From contig MCFE01000108.1 in NCBI GenBank assembly GCA_002104905.1, positions 62,001-126,000 of the forward strand: a stretch of DNA of 64,000 bases. Direction: 5' to 3'. The DNA is from Basidiobolus meristosporus CBS 931.73 (lineage: Eukaryota > Fungi > Basidiobolomycota). Position 1 is the first letter of the stretch. Each line of letters opens with the position of its first letter. A program made the position numbers and the translations under genes. This document shows positions 1 to 13,499 of the stretch, piece by piece. The notes beneath the pieces are model-generated. The model was given only the letters and a program-made list of their open reading frames with translations. It ran no database searches and was not told the DNA's origin.

Positions 1-760
1 AACAGCTTGCTTTGATACTTGGTGCAAAAGTAGGGGTACAACCAAAATGGCCCTGTGGACAGTGTACTCACTGAAGGTAATAATGTGGACTCCTCAGGCT
101 CTTAGTCAAGTGGGCAATTGGGAATCTCTGCAGAGCCTTGGCTGACCATAAGGCTGAGGCAAATGAGAATATAGCAAAAGCAGTGCCTTCAGCTGAAAAT
201 CAGCAAGTGGCTGTTGTAGCTTCACCACCACCTGAATTAGGAAGTATTATGTCAGCTCATACCAAAGCATTAATGAGGTAATTAGGTGCAGTGGCTGACA
301 GGATAGAAGCAATGGTGCAGAGAAATCTGAAAATAGTTAATAAACAAGATGAGTGGAATAAGGTGTAGATCAATCAATATCTCAAATAGAGAAAGCAGTA
401 TCTTTGCTGCAAATGAGGAACTCAACTAGCTCAGTGTCACTGCCATGAATTGAGTCATTTCCCAATGTGATAGCAGAGGAACACTGTATAGTCTTCAAAG
501 CATATCAACAGTATCCAAAGATGAAGCCCACAGAAAAACCTATTCCAGCATGGGAAGGTGAAGCTGTAGCATTTATACCAAAGCCTAAAAGTCAAAAGAC
601 ATTGAAGATCTGTGAAGCCATTGAGTGCAATGATGAAGAATGGGCTAATATTCCAGAGGCAGTTAGAAGTCTACCATACCAACACCTCAAGACCAGCATA
701 CTGCGGGACCATCAGGAACCTAAGGCTAAGCAGAATGCACTTCATTTGTTTCATGAGCAT
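1..760 (+). pseudogene. Fragment of the accessory ORF of the CMC/CACTA-like (tnp2) element
   Basis: Reverse-complement homolog of ~46940-47650. ORF 467..763 matches the C-terminus of 47065..47772 (KPTEK..AWEG..KTLKI.EA). Cut at 761 by a PHIS copy. Confidence 0.7.
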
Positions 761-944
761 TAGACTTTTTCTATTTCATAGTGCCACTTAGTGTCAGCCT
801 GTTTATAGTGCTGGATCAATCTGGCACCCTACAGCACTATCTGGCAATATAATTTCTAACATGATGCCAGTGGTATGATACAGTTACTAGTAATTTTACT
901 CAATCTTACTTATGTTGCTCAGAATAGTGCTTTCCTGGCTTTAT

Positions 945-1828
945 TTACTCTTCATAATGCTCCAGACACATTTCTCTCAGTGAATGTCTTCTTGTATGAG
1001 CATACAGTGCATTAATAAGTATCTTAACTATTTTACCTATTCTGCTGTTTTCTCCTATATATGACTTTCCTCTGTATTTACCTGCCAATATGCTGAATCT
1101 TGTCAGATATCCAAGTGTGAGCTCTACCGTCACTCTGAAATGATAAATATCTCATTATAGAGCTTCTGCTTCCTGCTAAGCACACTATTCCTTGGCTTCC
1201 TACAAGCTGTAATACATCCTAATCTGTGACAATCCTCTCCTATATAGGCTAAGTCTGCCATACATTTCTCCCCTCCACTGAATTCAGGATGATTCTGTAC
1301 CCAGAGTGCTTTGTCATGCCTACTTCCAGCAAATGGCCCACCAAACCAGATGATGTTACCCTCAATGTCAGACAGCGCTTGAAACTTCACACAGTATGCC
1401 TTGTACTTGCCAGAATAAAAGTGCCTCTGCCCTCTAGAAGGTCTGTTAATCCTCACTGGGAAGGTATCCAAAATACTCCTGATATGGAACCTGTTGCTGA
1501 ACACTCTAGGATATGGAAGTCTATTGGGGCTTCTGAACCTAGTATTCCAAGCTTGCTCTAAGTCATTCATACCCTCTGCAAGGTGGTTCTCCATTGCTGT
1601 CAGCTTGGAATGAAAGCTTCTAGGACTTTTGTTGCCATGGATGGTGGGATGAAACCTTGTAGGGCAATAGTTCTTGTAACAGTAGAGAAGCTTAACAAGG
1701 GATCTCCTTGAGTAAATTGGGGTAGATAGTCCACAGTACTTGGAATAGATCTCCTGTAGTGTGTCAAAAGGAAATCCAATGGTAGTGATGTGATTGATGA
1801 GAAAAGACCATTCAGATGAGTAAGTCAT
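945..1828 (-). pseudogene. DDE_Tnp_4-type transposase, frameshifted
   Basis: ORFs 1130..1870 and 945..1133 carry ILDTFP (D), MADLAY (D) and the E motif. ATG of MTYSSEW at 1828; the 884-nt span is out of frame. Confidence 0.9.
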
Positions 1829-2187
1829 ATTAAAATTTGTGGATGATTGTATGGAGGTGGTTTGAATCAATTTGGCGCAATCTGCGTTATTTATCTGACT
1901 TTTAATGCATTATGATCAAATCTCCATTAGTTGCCGTGTATCCAATCATTATGTAGCAGAAATCATCCACAAACAATGCCTTGATACTTTTATTGATGCT
2001 TTACTCATAAGTCTATAATCAAATAGGAAATCTGCAATTGATTTGATCTGATCTGTGTCAATGAAATCCATGATGCATCATGCATAATATATGGAAAACT
2101 CAACAATCACATTAGTTTTCATATATATTGCATATAAGACCAGGTTGATGCCAATATACTGCTGTATAAGTATCCAAATCCATTGCT

Positions 2188-3448
2188 ATGGTCCCCATGC
2201 CAAGTCTCAACTCATCTTTAGTACAACCCAGACAAAACCCATCACCCAGCTCACATGCGCAGTTGGGACCGGAAAAGTTGATGTTGGATCCATTCAAGTT
2301 TTTGCCAAATGATTTTAGTATGGCCCAAGTGTCTATGATGAGCCTTCATACAGATATTTGGGCACTACTGATTGGTCTAGCAGAACTAGATACCTCAGAG
2401 AGTCAACAAAGATGGAAAAATTTGATTAGAAAGCTGTGGCATGAGTTCTACATCAAAATGCCAGCCAATGTATGTAAGAAGATATATAACAAGACAAGTT
2501 TTTTAATCAAGAATGAGCTGAGAGTGAGGGGATTTGATGAAGAAGCCACGCAGGATTGATTTTGCGTGCAATTTGCACAGTACAGCTGGACACATCCGTT
2601 TGTGCCTCAACTTTGGGAACCAAAGAGATTTTGAATGAGTTTTGCCTCATATGACTAATGTACTAAGTGATATATTAGTAGAGCTAAGTGGCTTCCAAGA
2701 GCAATATGTACAGTGCTCATACAGGCAACAGCTTCAAGGTATCAGACAGAGGGTAAGTGATTACCTTGAGGAATCATATGGTGAGCTTCAGGAGGAAGAA
2801 TACAGACCACAAGTAACATTGTCCAGATTGTGCCAGCATGCCTTGCTGGATTCCTTGCCATCTCTTGCAACCACAGCATGCCAGCACATGTCAGTCCAGA
2901 CTATGCCAACACCCTTTACCAGAACGCCCTGCATTGAGTCAACACACGTGCTTCAGAGCAAAACTACTAGAACTTGCCAAACTGCTCATTTAGATATAGG
3001 TCCATTGGAGTGGACCAAGTTGCATCAACATGCAGCATCACATAGAGCTCAGCCAAGGGCTATCTCAATGTGTGAAGTCACGCCTGCGTGTGCCATTTTG
3101 CCTGACCATCAGCAAGTTACTTCCGGTGAACTGACTGATGATGACCAACATGAAGTGCCTCAACTACCAGAGCCCTTAGCAAGTAAAAGAACGTGTCATT
3201 GCATGGCACTCCAGACCGGTTCAGTTGGTTCAGTCGGAGTAATTCAGCGTGGCCAAGCTGCAGCATCACACTCATTAACTAGGAGGCAAAATACTGACCA
3301 CAACTACACAAGTAGCCAAGATAATAGTCTGCCAGGAAGTAGTATAGGTGTGCAAAGTGAGTCACTACCAAATGCTTCAGTAGTAATCCCTGTGAGAAAA
3401 TACCCAGGAGAAGATGATACAACCACTTTGAATTCCTATTACTTGTAA
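2188..3448 (+). pseudogene. PHIS ORF2 (Myb/SANT-like), broken
   Basis: ORFs 2188..2559 and 2642..3448 match ORF2 of copy C. Confidence 0.8.
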
Positions 3449-4159
3449 TGATCCCAACAACCCATTTTTTTTGCAATCCAAATGGAGCCATTGTAAATCA
3501 GTGATCATCAAATTTTTGATATAGGTAATATCAAGGTCATCTCACATTTGAGACAGAATCCCTATAAATAAACATCCTGCAAATATATACATCATCTGTA
3601 ATACCAGTGCAGCTATTGGATCTGTTTTGCACCTACCCGATTGCTTGCATGCTAGCTATGACACCTTGTCCAATCAATAGGATCAGGGATTTACATGCTC
3701 AATGGGCAAAATGGGATATTTGATGGTGAATCAGGTAGCTTGTTTAGTAGTCAATGAGCCAATCAGGGGCTGCCAGCTTCAGGATACTTTTGGTCCAATT
3801 AACTACTGAGATACTGTCCAATTAGAGTGCTGGCAACCAAAATGGTAAGTATCAGTGTAGCTTATAGTGTGATACACATTTATTTCCATTTACATTGAAG
3901 AAACATATCCAAATACCGGATTTTACCTGCCATTATAGCGGTATCCAATTGCGCACATGATGCAAACATTACAAGTTGGCGTGATCATCCGTGCCAACCT
4001 CATTGTGTCAGATTGTGCCATAGTGTGCAAGATTGTCCCACATAGTGCAAAATTGCCAAGAACAATCCTGCCTACTGGTAGCTATAAAATTGCGCCCAAT
4101 TGTTCTTTACAACCGTGGATTGTGCTGCACACCCTGGCACAGTGCAATGAAACAAGTCT

Positions 4160-4451
4160 TATATATGGTATGGCAATGGTAGGGATGGTGACACAGGTTG
4201 ATCATGTGTCATGGGTACTGGCGCAGGTACTTGCCTAATATAGAAGTACTTATAGTTAGTAATCTTACATAAAGTAAGAGATAACTTATACAATACGGTA
4301 AGCAGGTGTGATAGTCAACCAGCTTATGGGATAGCACTGATCAGGTAAGACTAATTGGATAAAATTAAAATAAGTGTAGTAGACAAATAGGGAAGTAGAA
4401 ATTATGGGAATGAGCACATCTGTCAGTGGGTATCACTGTGACCCCACTACA
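4160..4451. mobile_element. Truncated LTR of the 1.07-kb family
   Basis: Matches 37243-37532 and ends ccccactaca. Confidence 0.85.
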
Positions 4452-4561
4452 CTGGATCAATCTGGCACTCTGCAGCACTATCTGGCACTAAAATTTCTAC
4501 CATAGTGCCAGTTGTTACATATTGTTACTGGTAATTTTATTTAATCTTACTAATGTAGCAC

Positions 4562-5631
4562 TGTAGTAGGGTGACAATGACACCCACTGACAGATGTGCT
4601 CATTCCCTTATTTTCTACTTCCCTATATATCTACTACATTTATTTTAGTTTTATGCCATTTGTCTTACCCAATCAGTACTATCCCATAAGCTGGTTGACT
4701 ATCACACCTGCTTACCTTATTGCTTAAGTTACCCCTCACTTTATGTAAGATTACTAACTATCAGTGCTCCTATATTGGGCAAGTACCTACGCCAGTACCC
4801 GTGACACATGATCAACCCGTGTCACCATCCCTACCATTTCTATACCATATACGGTATCCCTATGTTACACAGGTTTCAGAATACTGATTCCTGATTGGTT
4901 GGATGTGCTGTGCCTCTTGGAACCTTCCGGCACCTACTTGGAACATTCTTGGGTCATTCTGGTGTCATTAAGATTTCTATTGATATCCAGAACCTTGTGG
5001 AACATCATGATTAGTAATCACTTAGCCAGTGAGAAAAGTATATAAGGAGGCTATCCCTCAACAAAAAATCATCATCCCTTTTATCAATATACCGACTTGT
5101 TGATTAGTGCAATCACTGCTACCTGCTGCTACCTGAACTTCCAACCCCAGACCACAGGACACTCCCAGGAAACCGTGCTGACAGCCAACTGACCATGGAG
5201 GCACTACTTGTGAGGAATACTCAGAGTATGTATCTTTTATTATATTTGATTCTTTCCCAAATTTGTTCTTGTACAGGCAAAGATACTTTTCTGTCTTTGT
5301 AACTATTGACCACAGCTGCATTCTTATCAAGTCCCTGCTGGTGGAGTTTACAGTTGTTTTGACTTTGGAAGCTTTAGTACATTGTCATCTCAAAGGATGC
5401 TGAACCCAGCACATACTTTTGTTAAGACACCAACTAAGTTGGGGATTATAGCTCAATAGTTTTCCCTTGACAAGCTGGTGGCTTTATTCCCTGTCACATT
5501 AGATTAGAGACAGAACACAAGTATTCCTAGCAAGCTTTTGCCAAAGGTTATTGCACCCAGTGAACACCCCACACACAAGACACTTGAGAAGTGTTGGACA
5601 TATCTCTCCCTTGGACCTTTACACCACCACA
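4562..5631. mobile_element. Solo LTR, 1070 bp (probably Ty3/Gypsy), 4-bp TSD GCAC/GCGC
   Basis: TGTAGTAGGG...CACCACA termini. Removing it restores the PHIS sequence. Closely matches 36463..37532 in reverse orientation. Confidence 0.93.
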
Positions 5632-6271
5632 GCGCAGAATAGTGGTTTCTTTGCTTTATTTATCTTCATAATGCTTGATACTCATTTCTCTCAGTGGATG
5701 TCTTGTATAATTATTCTCCACATTGATAAGTGTCTCAACTCTTTTACTTACTCACTGTTTTCTCCCATGTATGACTTTCCTCCGTATTTACCAGCCAATA
5801 TGCTGAATCTCTTTAGATATCCAAGTGTATGCTATACCCTCACTCTGAAATGATTAATTTCTCATTATAGAGGCTCTGCTTCCTGCCAAGCACACCATTC
5901 CTTGGCTTCCTATATGCTGTCATACATTCTAACCTGTGACAATCCTCTCCTATAAAAGCTAAGTCTGCCAGAATAAAAGTGCCTCTGCTCTCTAGATGGT
6001 CTGTTAATCCTGACTGGGAAGGTATTTAAAACACTCCTTATATGGAACCTATTGTTGAAAACTCTGGGATTTGGAAGTCTATTACAGCTTCTGAACCTAT
6101 TATTCCAAGCTTGCACTAAGTCATTCATACCCTCTGCAAGGGGGTTCTCTATTGTGGTCAGCTGGAAACAAAAGCTTCTGGGACTTTTGCTGCCATGGAT
6201 GGTGGGATGAAACCCTTTGGACAATAGTTCTTGTAATAGCAGAGAAGCTTAACTAGGGATCTCCTTGAGTA

Positions 6272-6640
6272 TGTTATGATCTGCCGCTTGAATGTTTAAG
6301 TTAGATCAGTTTTTAGTCAAAATCAATTAGTATATGTTTAGATTATCAGTATATCAGTATTATCTATGAAATCAGTAGCATTAGTCAGCAAATGAATCAG
6401 CAGATCCTTATCAGACAGAAATAGATATATTAAGTAGGATATAATTGGGTGATGATGATGCAATCAAATGAGTCATCAGCCACAACCTACATTAGGAAAT
6501 ACAATTAGTCAGCAATTGATCTGGCAAAATGTAAATAAGGAGCTGCTGGAACCTCAATAAAAATCAGTTCAAGTTTTAGTGAATACAATACTAGCTAAAC
6601 TCCCTATTCCTCTACAACTCTTATACCAAGACTTGTAACA
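6272..6640. mobile_element. Solo LTR, 369 bp, 4-bp TSD AGTA
   Basis: TGTTATGATC...TTGTAACA. Removal restores ccttgagtagattgggg of the transposase. Sister copies at 11946 and 14021. Confidence 0.93.
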
Positions 6641-7069
6641 AGTAGATTGGGGTAAGTGGTCCACAGTACTTGGTATAGATCTCCTCTAGTGTATCAAAAA
6701 GAAATCCGATGGTAGTGAAGGGGTTGATGAGAAAAGACCATTCAGATGAGTAAGTCATATTAAGATTGGTAGGTGATTGGGCTGAGGTCATTTGAATTGA
6801 TTTGGCTCAATTGGCTTTATTTATCTGATTTTCTATACATTATGATTAAATCACCATCAATTGCCATGTATTCCATCACTATGCTGCAAAAATTATCCTC
6901 AAACAATGACTCAGTATTTTTATTGGTGCTTTACTCACAAGTCTATGATCCAATAGGAAATCTGCAATTGATGGGATGCAATCCATTTCAATGCAATCCA
7001 TGGCAACAAATAGTCCAAACTACTATGAGAATTAAGGCTCAAGCTTAGCATTTGCCTATTTGGTCCATA

Positions 7070-8220
7070 TAGATGAGCCCCAGACTGGAAAAGAGGCACC
7101 AAACAGCTCTAAGACAAAGTTTGGGTGATTTGCAATGACTGAGGAGTATCTGGTCCTGAAGGAAAATTAAACTTGGGACTTAGTCAAATTACTAAGCAAC
7201 CAAAAATTAATTATGTAAAATGGGTCTTTAAGACAAAATACAAGGCTGATCATAAAATCATCAGATTAATACTGGCTATAGCAGCCAAATATAAGTTTTT
7301 TATACATCAAATGGATGTAAAAGCTGCATTTTGAGTGGAGAACCTAATGAGGATGAGTATTTAGACCAGCCTGATGGGCTTGATGACCAAGATAACCTCC
7401 ATTTGGTCTGCAAGCTTAAAAAGTCTTTATATGGACTCAATTAATCATCAAGAGCATGGATATGCAAGATAGATACTTATATGGAATCTCTGAGTTTTAT
7501 AAGGAGTAATGCGGACTATAGCATACTCTATAAGCCAGATTTAGCAACTTTAGCTCACTTAGATCTGCATGTGGATGATCCTAATATAGCAATTGATAAA
7601 CTAGTAATACTGGAAGAGACTTAATCAAGCCTGTCCAAAGAGATTGGATTATCTGATCTAGAAGAACCCAATTATTACTCAGGGATAAAGTTCTCCATAG
7701 CCATTACTACTCAGACTATCACCCTAAGCCAATACAGGTATATTCAAGATATTCTAAGGAAGTATCAAGTGGAAGACTGTAAATTGGCAATTACCCCAAG
7801 GGTTATAAACCTCAGCTTGTTCAAAACTCAATCAAAGCAAGAGAGCTTGGTGCCATCTGAAGGTCCTGACCATCCTTACTCATCTATAGCTGGCAGTCTG
7901 ATGTATACCATACTTAGAACATGTCTAGATATCTTATATGCAGTGGAGGTTGTCAGCCAGCATAATCAGGACTATGGATTTGATCATATTGCAGCTGTTA
8001 AGCAAATTTTTAGGTACCTAAACAGGATCACCGATATCTGCTTAAGGTATATTTATAGGAGTTCAGAACTACATCTTGTATGATTTATCAATTCTGATTA
8101 GGGACAAAACTTAGATGACAGAGGATCCACCACTGGATACACCTTTTGTTACTGTAAAGGAGTAATTTCATGCAATTCAGGAAGGAGCCAACTGTAGCAC
8201 TTTCTACCACAGAGGCAGTC
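7070..8220 (+). pseudogene. Ty1/Copia RT-RNase H fragment
   Basis: ORF 7769..8083 (YSSIAGSLMY...DILYAVEVVSQH) is homologous to the pol at 52-53 kb; many stops. Confidence 0.9.
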
Positions 8221-8259
8221 CAAAATATAGTTCAGATCAAGCAAAATATGGCTTTCTGC

Positions 8260-11200
8260 CCACCAAGATTGAAACCTTTCTATCACTTCAAATTTATGGC
8301 TTTTCAGTGTTACACTTGCAAAGTTGCCATATACCTTGTAGTGCTGGTGGCTTATGCATCATCCAAACATATATTTGATTGCTTCTACTTTTGCCATGAA
8401 TTATGGTAATGGAAAGTATTCCATTGATACGTATCTCAAAACCAATATTTCACTACTCCTATATATTGTGTATTGTTATTTTAACACACAAGTGAAAGAT
8501 CAGGAATTTCCAACTTTGCAGAACAAATGCTCCAGACCCTGACAAGCAATCCACTCAATAATATTATGTCCTGCAGAACACTCAGTAGCCAACTCATGCT
8601 TCAGATTACAGCTCATTTGATGCAGTACTTAAGATGTTACAATCAGAGGAGTCCAATTATTAAATATACTAGGCCTCTATTGCTAAGATTCCTATGATGA
8701 CTTTAGATGTGTGTAACTATTGAACCAGCCAATCATATCACATAAGTTCTTTACAGGTGCTGAGCATATTTCCAATCTGTGCCACCACAGAATTTCAGCT
8801 TTAAATCATGTGTTTTGCTTGCGCAATTGCCCAAAAACTTTGATCCTTCAGAATTTTCTTATATATGACTTCCCCAGCTGAAAAATAAAAAGAGAGCCTC
8901 TCTTTCCAGAATCTCAACACTACAATTACAAGTTTCAAGGTTCTAAGATTTCCCCTGCATCACTTGCACTGCTGAGTATTCTGGCTTTGATTGGTACTAC
9001 TTCAGTAAAGAGACTGCAAAACTCACAAGAATCCAATCTAAGTTCTAAAAGAAAACTACCACTTTTGTGTTGGAAAAATCCCCTCTAAGAAACCCCTTTA
9101 CTCCAAAGACACCCATTTAGACACATCTTGAGTCTCAAGACCCCCTCAGAGACCTCTTCAAGAAACCTCTTTATTCTATAGTAGTCCCTTTGAGCACCCC
9201 TTCATTGTAAAGTCCACCCTAGAGACCACTACAAGAAGCCCATCTACATTAAAGACACCCTTTTAGACACCCCTATAGGTCCAAAGACACCTTTAGAGAC
9301 TACTACAATACACACCTTTAGGTTAAAGAGAAGTTTAGAATTTCCATATTGGGCAATGTTTTCTCTGAAAGGAAAGTGACTTCAAGATGAAGAAAAGCAA
9401 CCATAAATGTATATTAGCCCATTAGTCAACAGAAGGTCAGAACACTGATGTAGAAGTGAGAAACACTGCCTTTTGTATATTTTAAGCCTAAAATTGAGGA
9501 TATTAGTGAAAGTTATATCTTCTATTGGTATATCAAACTCCCAATACACTATTTCAGTATTAGCTTATTGGAAATTGTTGTATATTACTGATTAGCCGCT
9601 ACATTGTAGAACAAGCCCCAAACTAATCATAATACTGCACAACAAAATACCTTTTGGTACTTGGCCACTTTATTTATTCTCCCAGCTGGATTCTAGTCCC
9701 CCTTAGAGAGGTGCTCTTGTTCATGATTGTGTGATTTTGTATTTCAAAGTGTAGAATTTGACTTCTGATTAGGAGATACCCAACATACTTGGGTAAGGCT
9801 GTCCTAATTATCTTAGTTACTTGTTATGTAAGCCCAACCTTGCATTACTCTACCAATTACCCATGCATTCAAGTGGGTTAGCTTCTTAATGCAAAGGGCT
9901 TGCACACATCTGGACCCAGTATTTGTGAAATCTTCCTAGCTGTCCTCCATGTGCTCACTCTTCATGTACCTGATGTACTGGAAAGTTATATTCATGTCAA
10001 AATGGAGATATGGTGGCACCTGTGACTTGACTTGCCTTCCTATCTCCCTATGCATCTGTTCCATAGGAAACTCTAAAAAGGTGAACCAAGGCCCTATATT
10101 CTCCACACATATAGCAACATGGAGTAGAGAATGAATACATTGGTGGTAGAGATCTACCCATTCAGCTTTATGTTTGTAGTATAGCCACTCAAGTCCTGCC
10201 ACAAACTCCCCTTATGAAAAATAGTGTGATGATCCCATCAAAAGACCATCACAAACTCTAATCCCATGACTAAGAAGTATTGATCCCATCATAATACCAT
10301 GTAATGACCATCAAAAAATAATTGCACCCCAGATATCATAAAAAACTTGGTATTTTTTCATCACAACAATACAAAAGTGGCTTTTGATTGATTCACCAAG
10401 AGGTTGCAGCACTTCTTCAAGAGCAGTGCTCAAGAAAATGCACTTGACATTGCAAGTACATGTTACAAAAGACTGGCATATGAGAAGATAGACCTTGCAG
10501 TGCTGGCTGAATACCAGGATACAAGGGACCCAGAGAATGAACATTAGCAGAAAGCTGTAGGGTTTCTGCCAAAGTTGTGAAAACAGTCAGTTACAGCATA
10601 AATACTTATTGAGTGGTGAATTTTTATGGAGTACTTGTTGGGTGTAAGGTTGGGCTTATTCTTTGTGTAGGGTATAGGGACTTACATAGGTCAATAAAAT
10701 TGGAAGTTGAGGTACAACTGAAGCTTCAACAGAAATAAATCAACTTGTATGCAGGAAATGCAAGAGAAATAGTTGAGTCAGGTAGCAGGGACTGTATAAA
10801 AGAGGAAATGGCCAATCATTGCACACACAAACATAGGACATGATAGAGTGTCTGGGATCAGAGGAGTGCAAAAATTGCTGGAGAACCAATCAAAAGCAAC
10901 TTTTTTATTGATGTGCTGAAAAATCCTGACTAAGTTTTTTATGATATCTGGAGTGCAGTTATTTCTTGATGGTCCTTGCACAGTGTCCAAATGGAATCAA
11001 TACCCCCTAGTCACAGGACCTAGAATTTGTGATGTGCTTTTGATGGGGTCATCACAATAAATTTTCATAGGGTAGCAGTTGTCCAAATGCTTTTGTGCTG
11101 CTATCTGAGGTGAGATTTGGCTGGGAACAAGACAACTTTGATCCATTTTTGAGGAGCTTATACATGTAAGTGAGGCAAACTAAAGGGGAAGTAGTATCAC

Positions 11201-11590
11201 ATCTATATGTGCATGTGAAACCCCAACTCTATTTACAATGCTTACTTTGTTGGGTCATCATTTAATTTTAATTTCATATAGTTACAATCTTGTATGTTAG
11301 AGACTATTCTAGACTGTGATGAACAGCAGCAAAGAAGTGATAAATGATATCATATTGCCAAATACCAAGCTGATTGCCATTCAACATAGATGACTTTGAT
11401 TCAATACAACAAGAGAAGAGGAAAAAGACCATGTGGCTATTGTGACAAGCCTCTTAGTCACAAAGAATTACAAAAGTATAGAAAGCATTACAAAGATCAT
11501 TGTAGTGCTTTGTCATGCAAGCCTTATTGAAGCACTCATCAGTTTCCACTGTGACAACAATATCTTGCTGGCTACTTGTTACTTCTTTAT
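8260..11590. mobile_element. CMC/CACTA-like (tnp2) relic, deleted and rearranged
   Basis: ORF 9936..10202 (-) LEWLYY...HSLLHVAICVENIGPW...FPMEQ is the C-terminal part of tnp2. 10230-11590 is homologous to pieces of 45390-48230. Confidence 0.75.
8881..9680. mobile_element. 800-bp insertion in tnp2 flanked by the 8-bp direct repeat CCCAGCTG (possible non-autonomous hAT-like element)
   Basis: Repeat at 8873-8880 and 9681-9688; loosely inverted AT-rich ends; removal gives the in-frame join ...SLRGTRIQLGKSYIRKF. Confidence 0.5.
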
Positions 11591-11873
11591 CCACACCTAG
11601 CCATACTGGTTACCTTGTGCTGTGATTTGGTCATGTGTCACAGGTACTGGCATGGGCTCTTACCAATTAGGGAAGCATTAACATTCAGTAGTCTTAAAGA
11701 ATGTAAGGAGTAACTTAAAAAATAAGAATGTAACAGAGTTAGCCAGCTCAGTGTATATTACTGATTAGATAAGTTAAATGGGTTAAAGTTAAAATAAGTG
11801 CAATAGAAAAACAGGCAAGTCAAAATATAGGAATGAGAATATCTTTCAGTAGGTGTCATAATAACCCACTATG
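11590..11873. mobile_element. Old partial LTR of the 1.07-kb family
   Basis: Diverged match to 37270-37532. Confidence 0.7.
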
Positions 11874-11945
11874 GCACAAAATGAAGCAGGTGCACTTGAC
11901 AGATCTTCTAACATACCTCGGACCTCTTACTATAGCCTGCACAGT

Positions 11946-12627
11946 TGTTATGATCTGCCGCTTGAACATTTAAGTTAGATCAATTTTTAGTCAAATCAAT
12001 TAGTTATATGCTTAGGTTATCAGTATATCAATATTTCTTATCAAATCAGTAGCATTAGTCAGCAAATGAATCAGCCAATCCTTATCAGACAGAAATAGAT
12101 ATATTAAGTAGGATCTTATTGGGTGGTTATGATGCAATCAAATGAGTTATCAGCCACAGCCTACATCAGGAAATACAATTGGTCATCAATTGATCTGGCA
12201 AAATGTATATAAGGGGCTACTGAAACCTCAATTACAATCAGTTCAAGTTTCAGTGAATACAAAACTCCTTAAGAAAAAAAACTGAAAAATGGCCAGCAAA
12301 ATACCATCAGCCCAATTCCAAGTTTCTCAAAATTGACAACTCTCTATATCTCTGTTCTGAGCTGATGGGCAGGCAAGCAAACAGGTTCTCCAGGCGAAGA
12401 CTAGGCAAACTAGCATCCATACTAATTTGTTAATTAGCTGCCCATTATTTCCCTCAAATATTGCATTTAAATTTTTAACCCAAATGCCAGCTGAACATAG
12501 GCTAAATACCGCCAAAATACCAGTTGAATACCAGCTGAAAATCAGATAGGTCCCAACTTAGGGATTTTTTATATGGTACTGACTGAACTCCCTATTTCTC
12601 TACAACTCTCATACCAAGAATGTAACA
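11946..12627. mobile_element. 369-bp-family LTR interrupted by a ~310-bp insertion
   Basis: tgttatgatc at 11946 and tgtaaca at 12627; foreign segment at ~12266-12576. Confidence 0.8.
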
Positions 12628-13200
12628 AACAGACCTTTTAGGGGGCAGAAGCACTTTATTCCGGCAAATACAATGCACATTGTGTAAAGTTTCAAGCACT
12701 GTCCAGCATTGAGGGTAATATCATCTGGCTCAATGGCTATCTGCTGGAAGTTGGTGCAACATAGCACCTAGGGTAGAGAATCAATCAAAATCCAGTAGAG
12801 GGGAGATATGTATGACATACTTGGCTTATATGGGAGAGGATTGTCAGAGATTAGGATGTATTACAGCTTATAGGAAGCCAGGGAATGGTGTGCTTAGCAG
12901 GAAACAGAAGCTCTACAATGAGATATTTAGTTGTTCCACAGGCCAATACAGAGGAAAGTCATATGTAGGAGAAAATAGCAAAATAGGTAAAATAGTTAAG
13001 ATACTAATTAGTGCACAGAGTATGCATTGTAGACAACTTCCACTGAGGGAAATGTATCAGGAGCATATGGAGTTCATAAAGCAAGAAAAGCACTATTTTG
13101 AGCAACATAGGTAAGATTGAGTAGATGAGCAGTAACTGTTTCAGACCACTATTACAGTGCCAGATAGTGCCGGTGAGTGCTGGATCAATCTGGCATTATA
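12628..13200 (+). pseudogene. Diverged PHIS transposase 3' fragment with subterminal motifs
   Basis: ORF 12812..13114 (LAYMGEDCQRLGCITAYRKP...GKSYVGENSKIGK). Confidence 0.85.
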
Positions 13201-13499
13201 TATTTTCCACAGCTTCCCTTACAATACGCTGTTATATATCCAAGAATGTAGTTTCAGCATAATAGGTGGGATTCTTAGCTGATAAAATACAACTTTTAAT
13301 ATCCTTTCAAGTACAAGTTGGATCATTTGAGTTACAGCCAAAGTTGGCAAATAGCTTTTGCAAATATATAGCCCCCTTACTTTCTTAACAGGTGGCCATA
13401 TCCTTTACATCTGTTGTAGATGGTGATATATGTAGTTGATTCTTGCAATTCCAGGTGGTAACTGCACAAGTATATAGAAATGTATATACAGGGCACTTA

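Larger units (their letters stand above)
762..4159. mobile_element. PHIS/Harbinger-like DNA transposon copy A (full length, decayed)
   Basis: Degenerate left TIR agactttttc at 762 and right TIR gaaacaagtct ending 4159. Colinear with copy C. Flanks (att / tat) do not form a TSD. Confidence 0.9.
4452..7002. mobile_element. PHIS copy B fragment (left end and internally deleted transposase) holding two solo LTRs
   Basis: Left subterminal motifs at 4452-4560; transposase remnants at 5632-6271 and 6641-6760 (ORF 5910..6224). Confidence 0.85.

Noticed and set aside
1289-1561. Conserved antisense ORFs over the transposase (1289..1561, 21448..21720, 30538..30861, 38919..39101)
   Set aside because: Shadow frames of one repeated sequence; no independent sign of coding.
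4448-4456. LTR end at 4451 as a fourth GCGC insertion
   Set aside because: The right flank is ctgg, and the LTR and adjoining PHIS copy are both truncated. It could be a deletion junction or a counter-example, so it was not counted in support.
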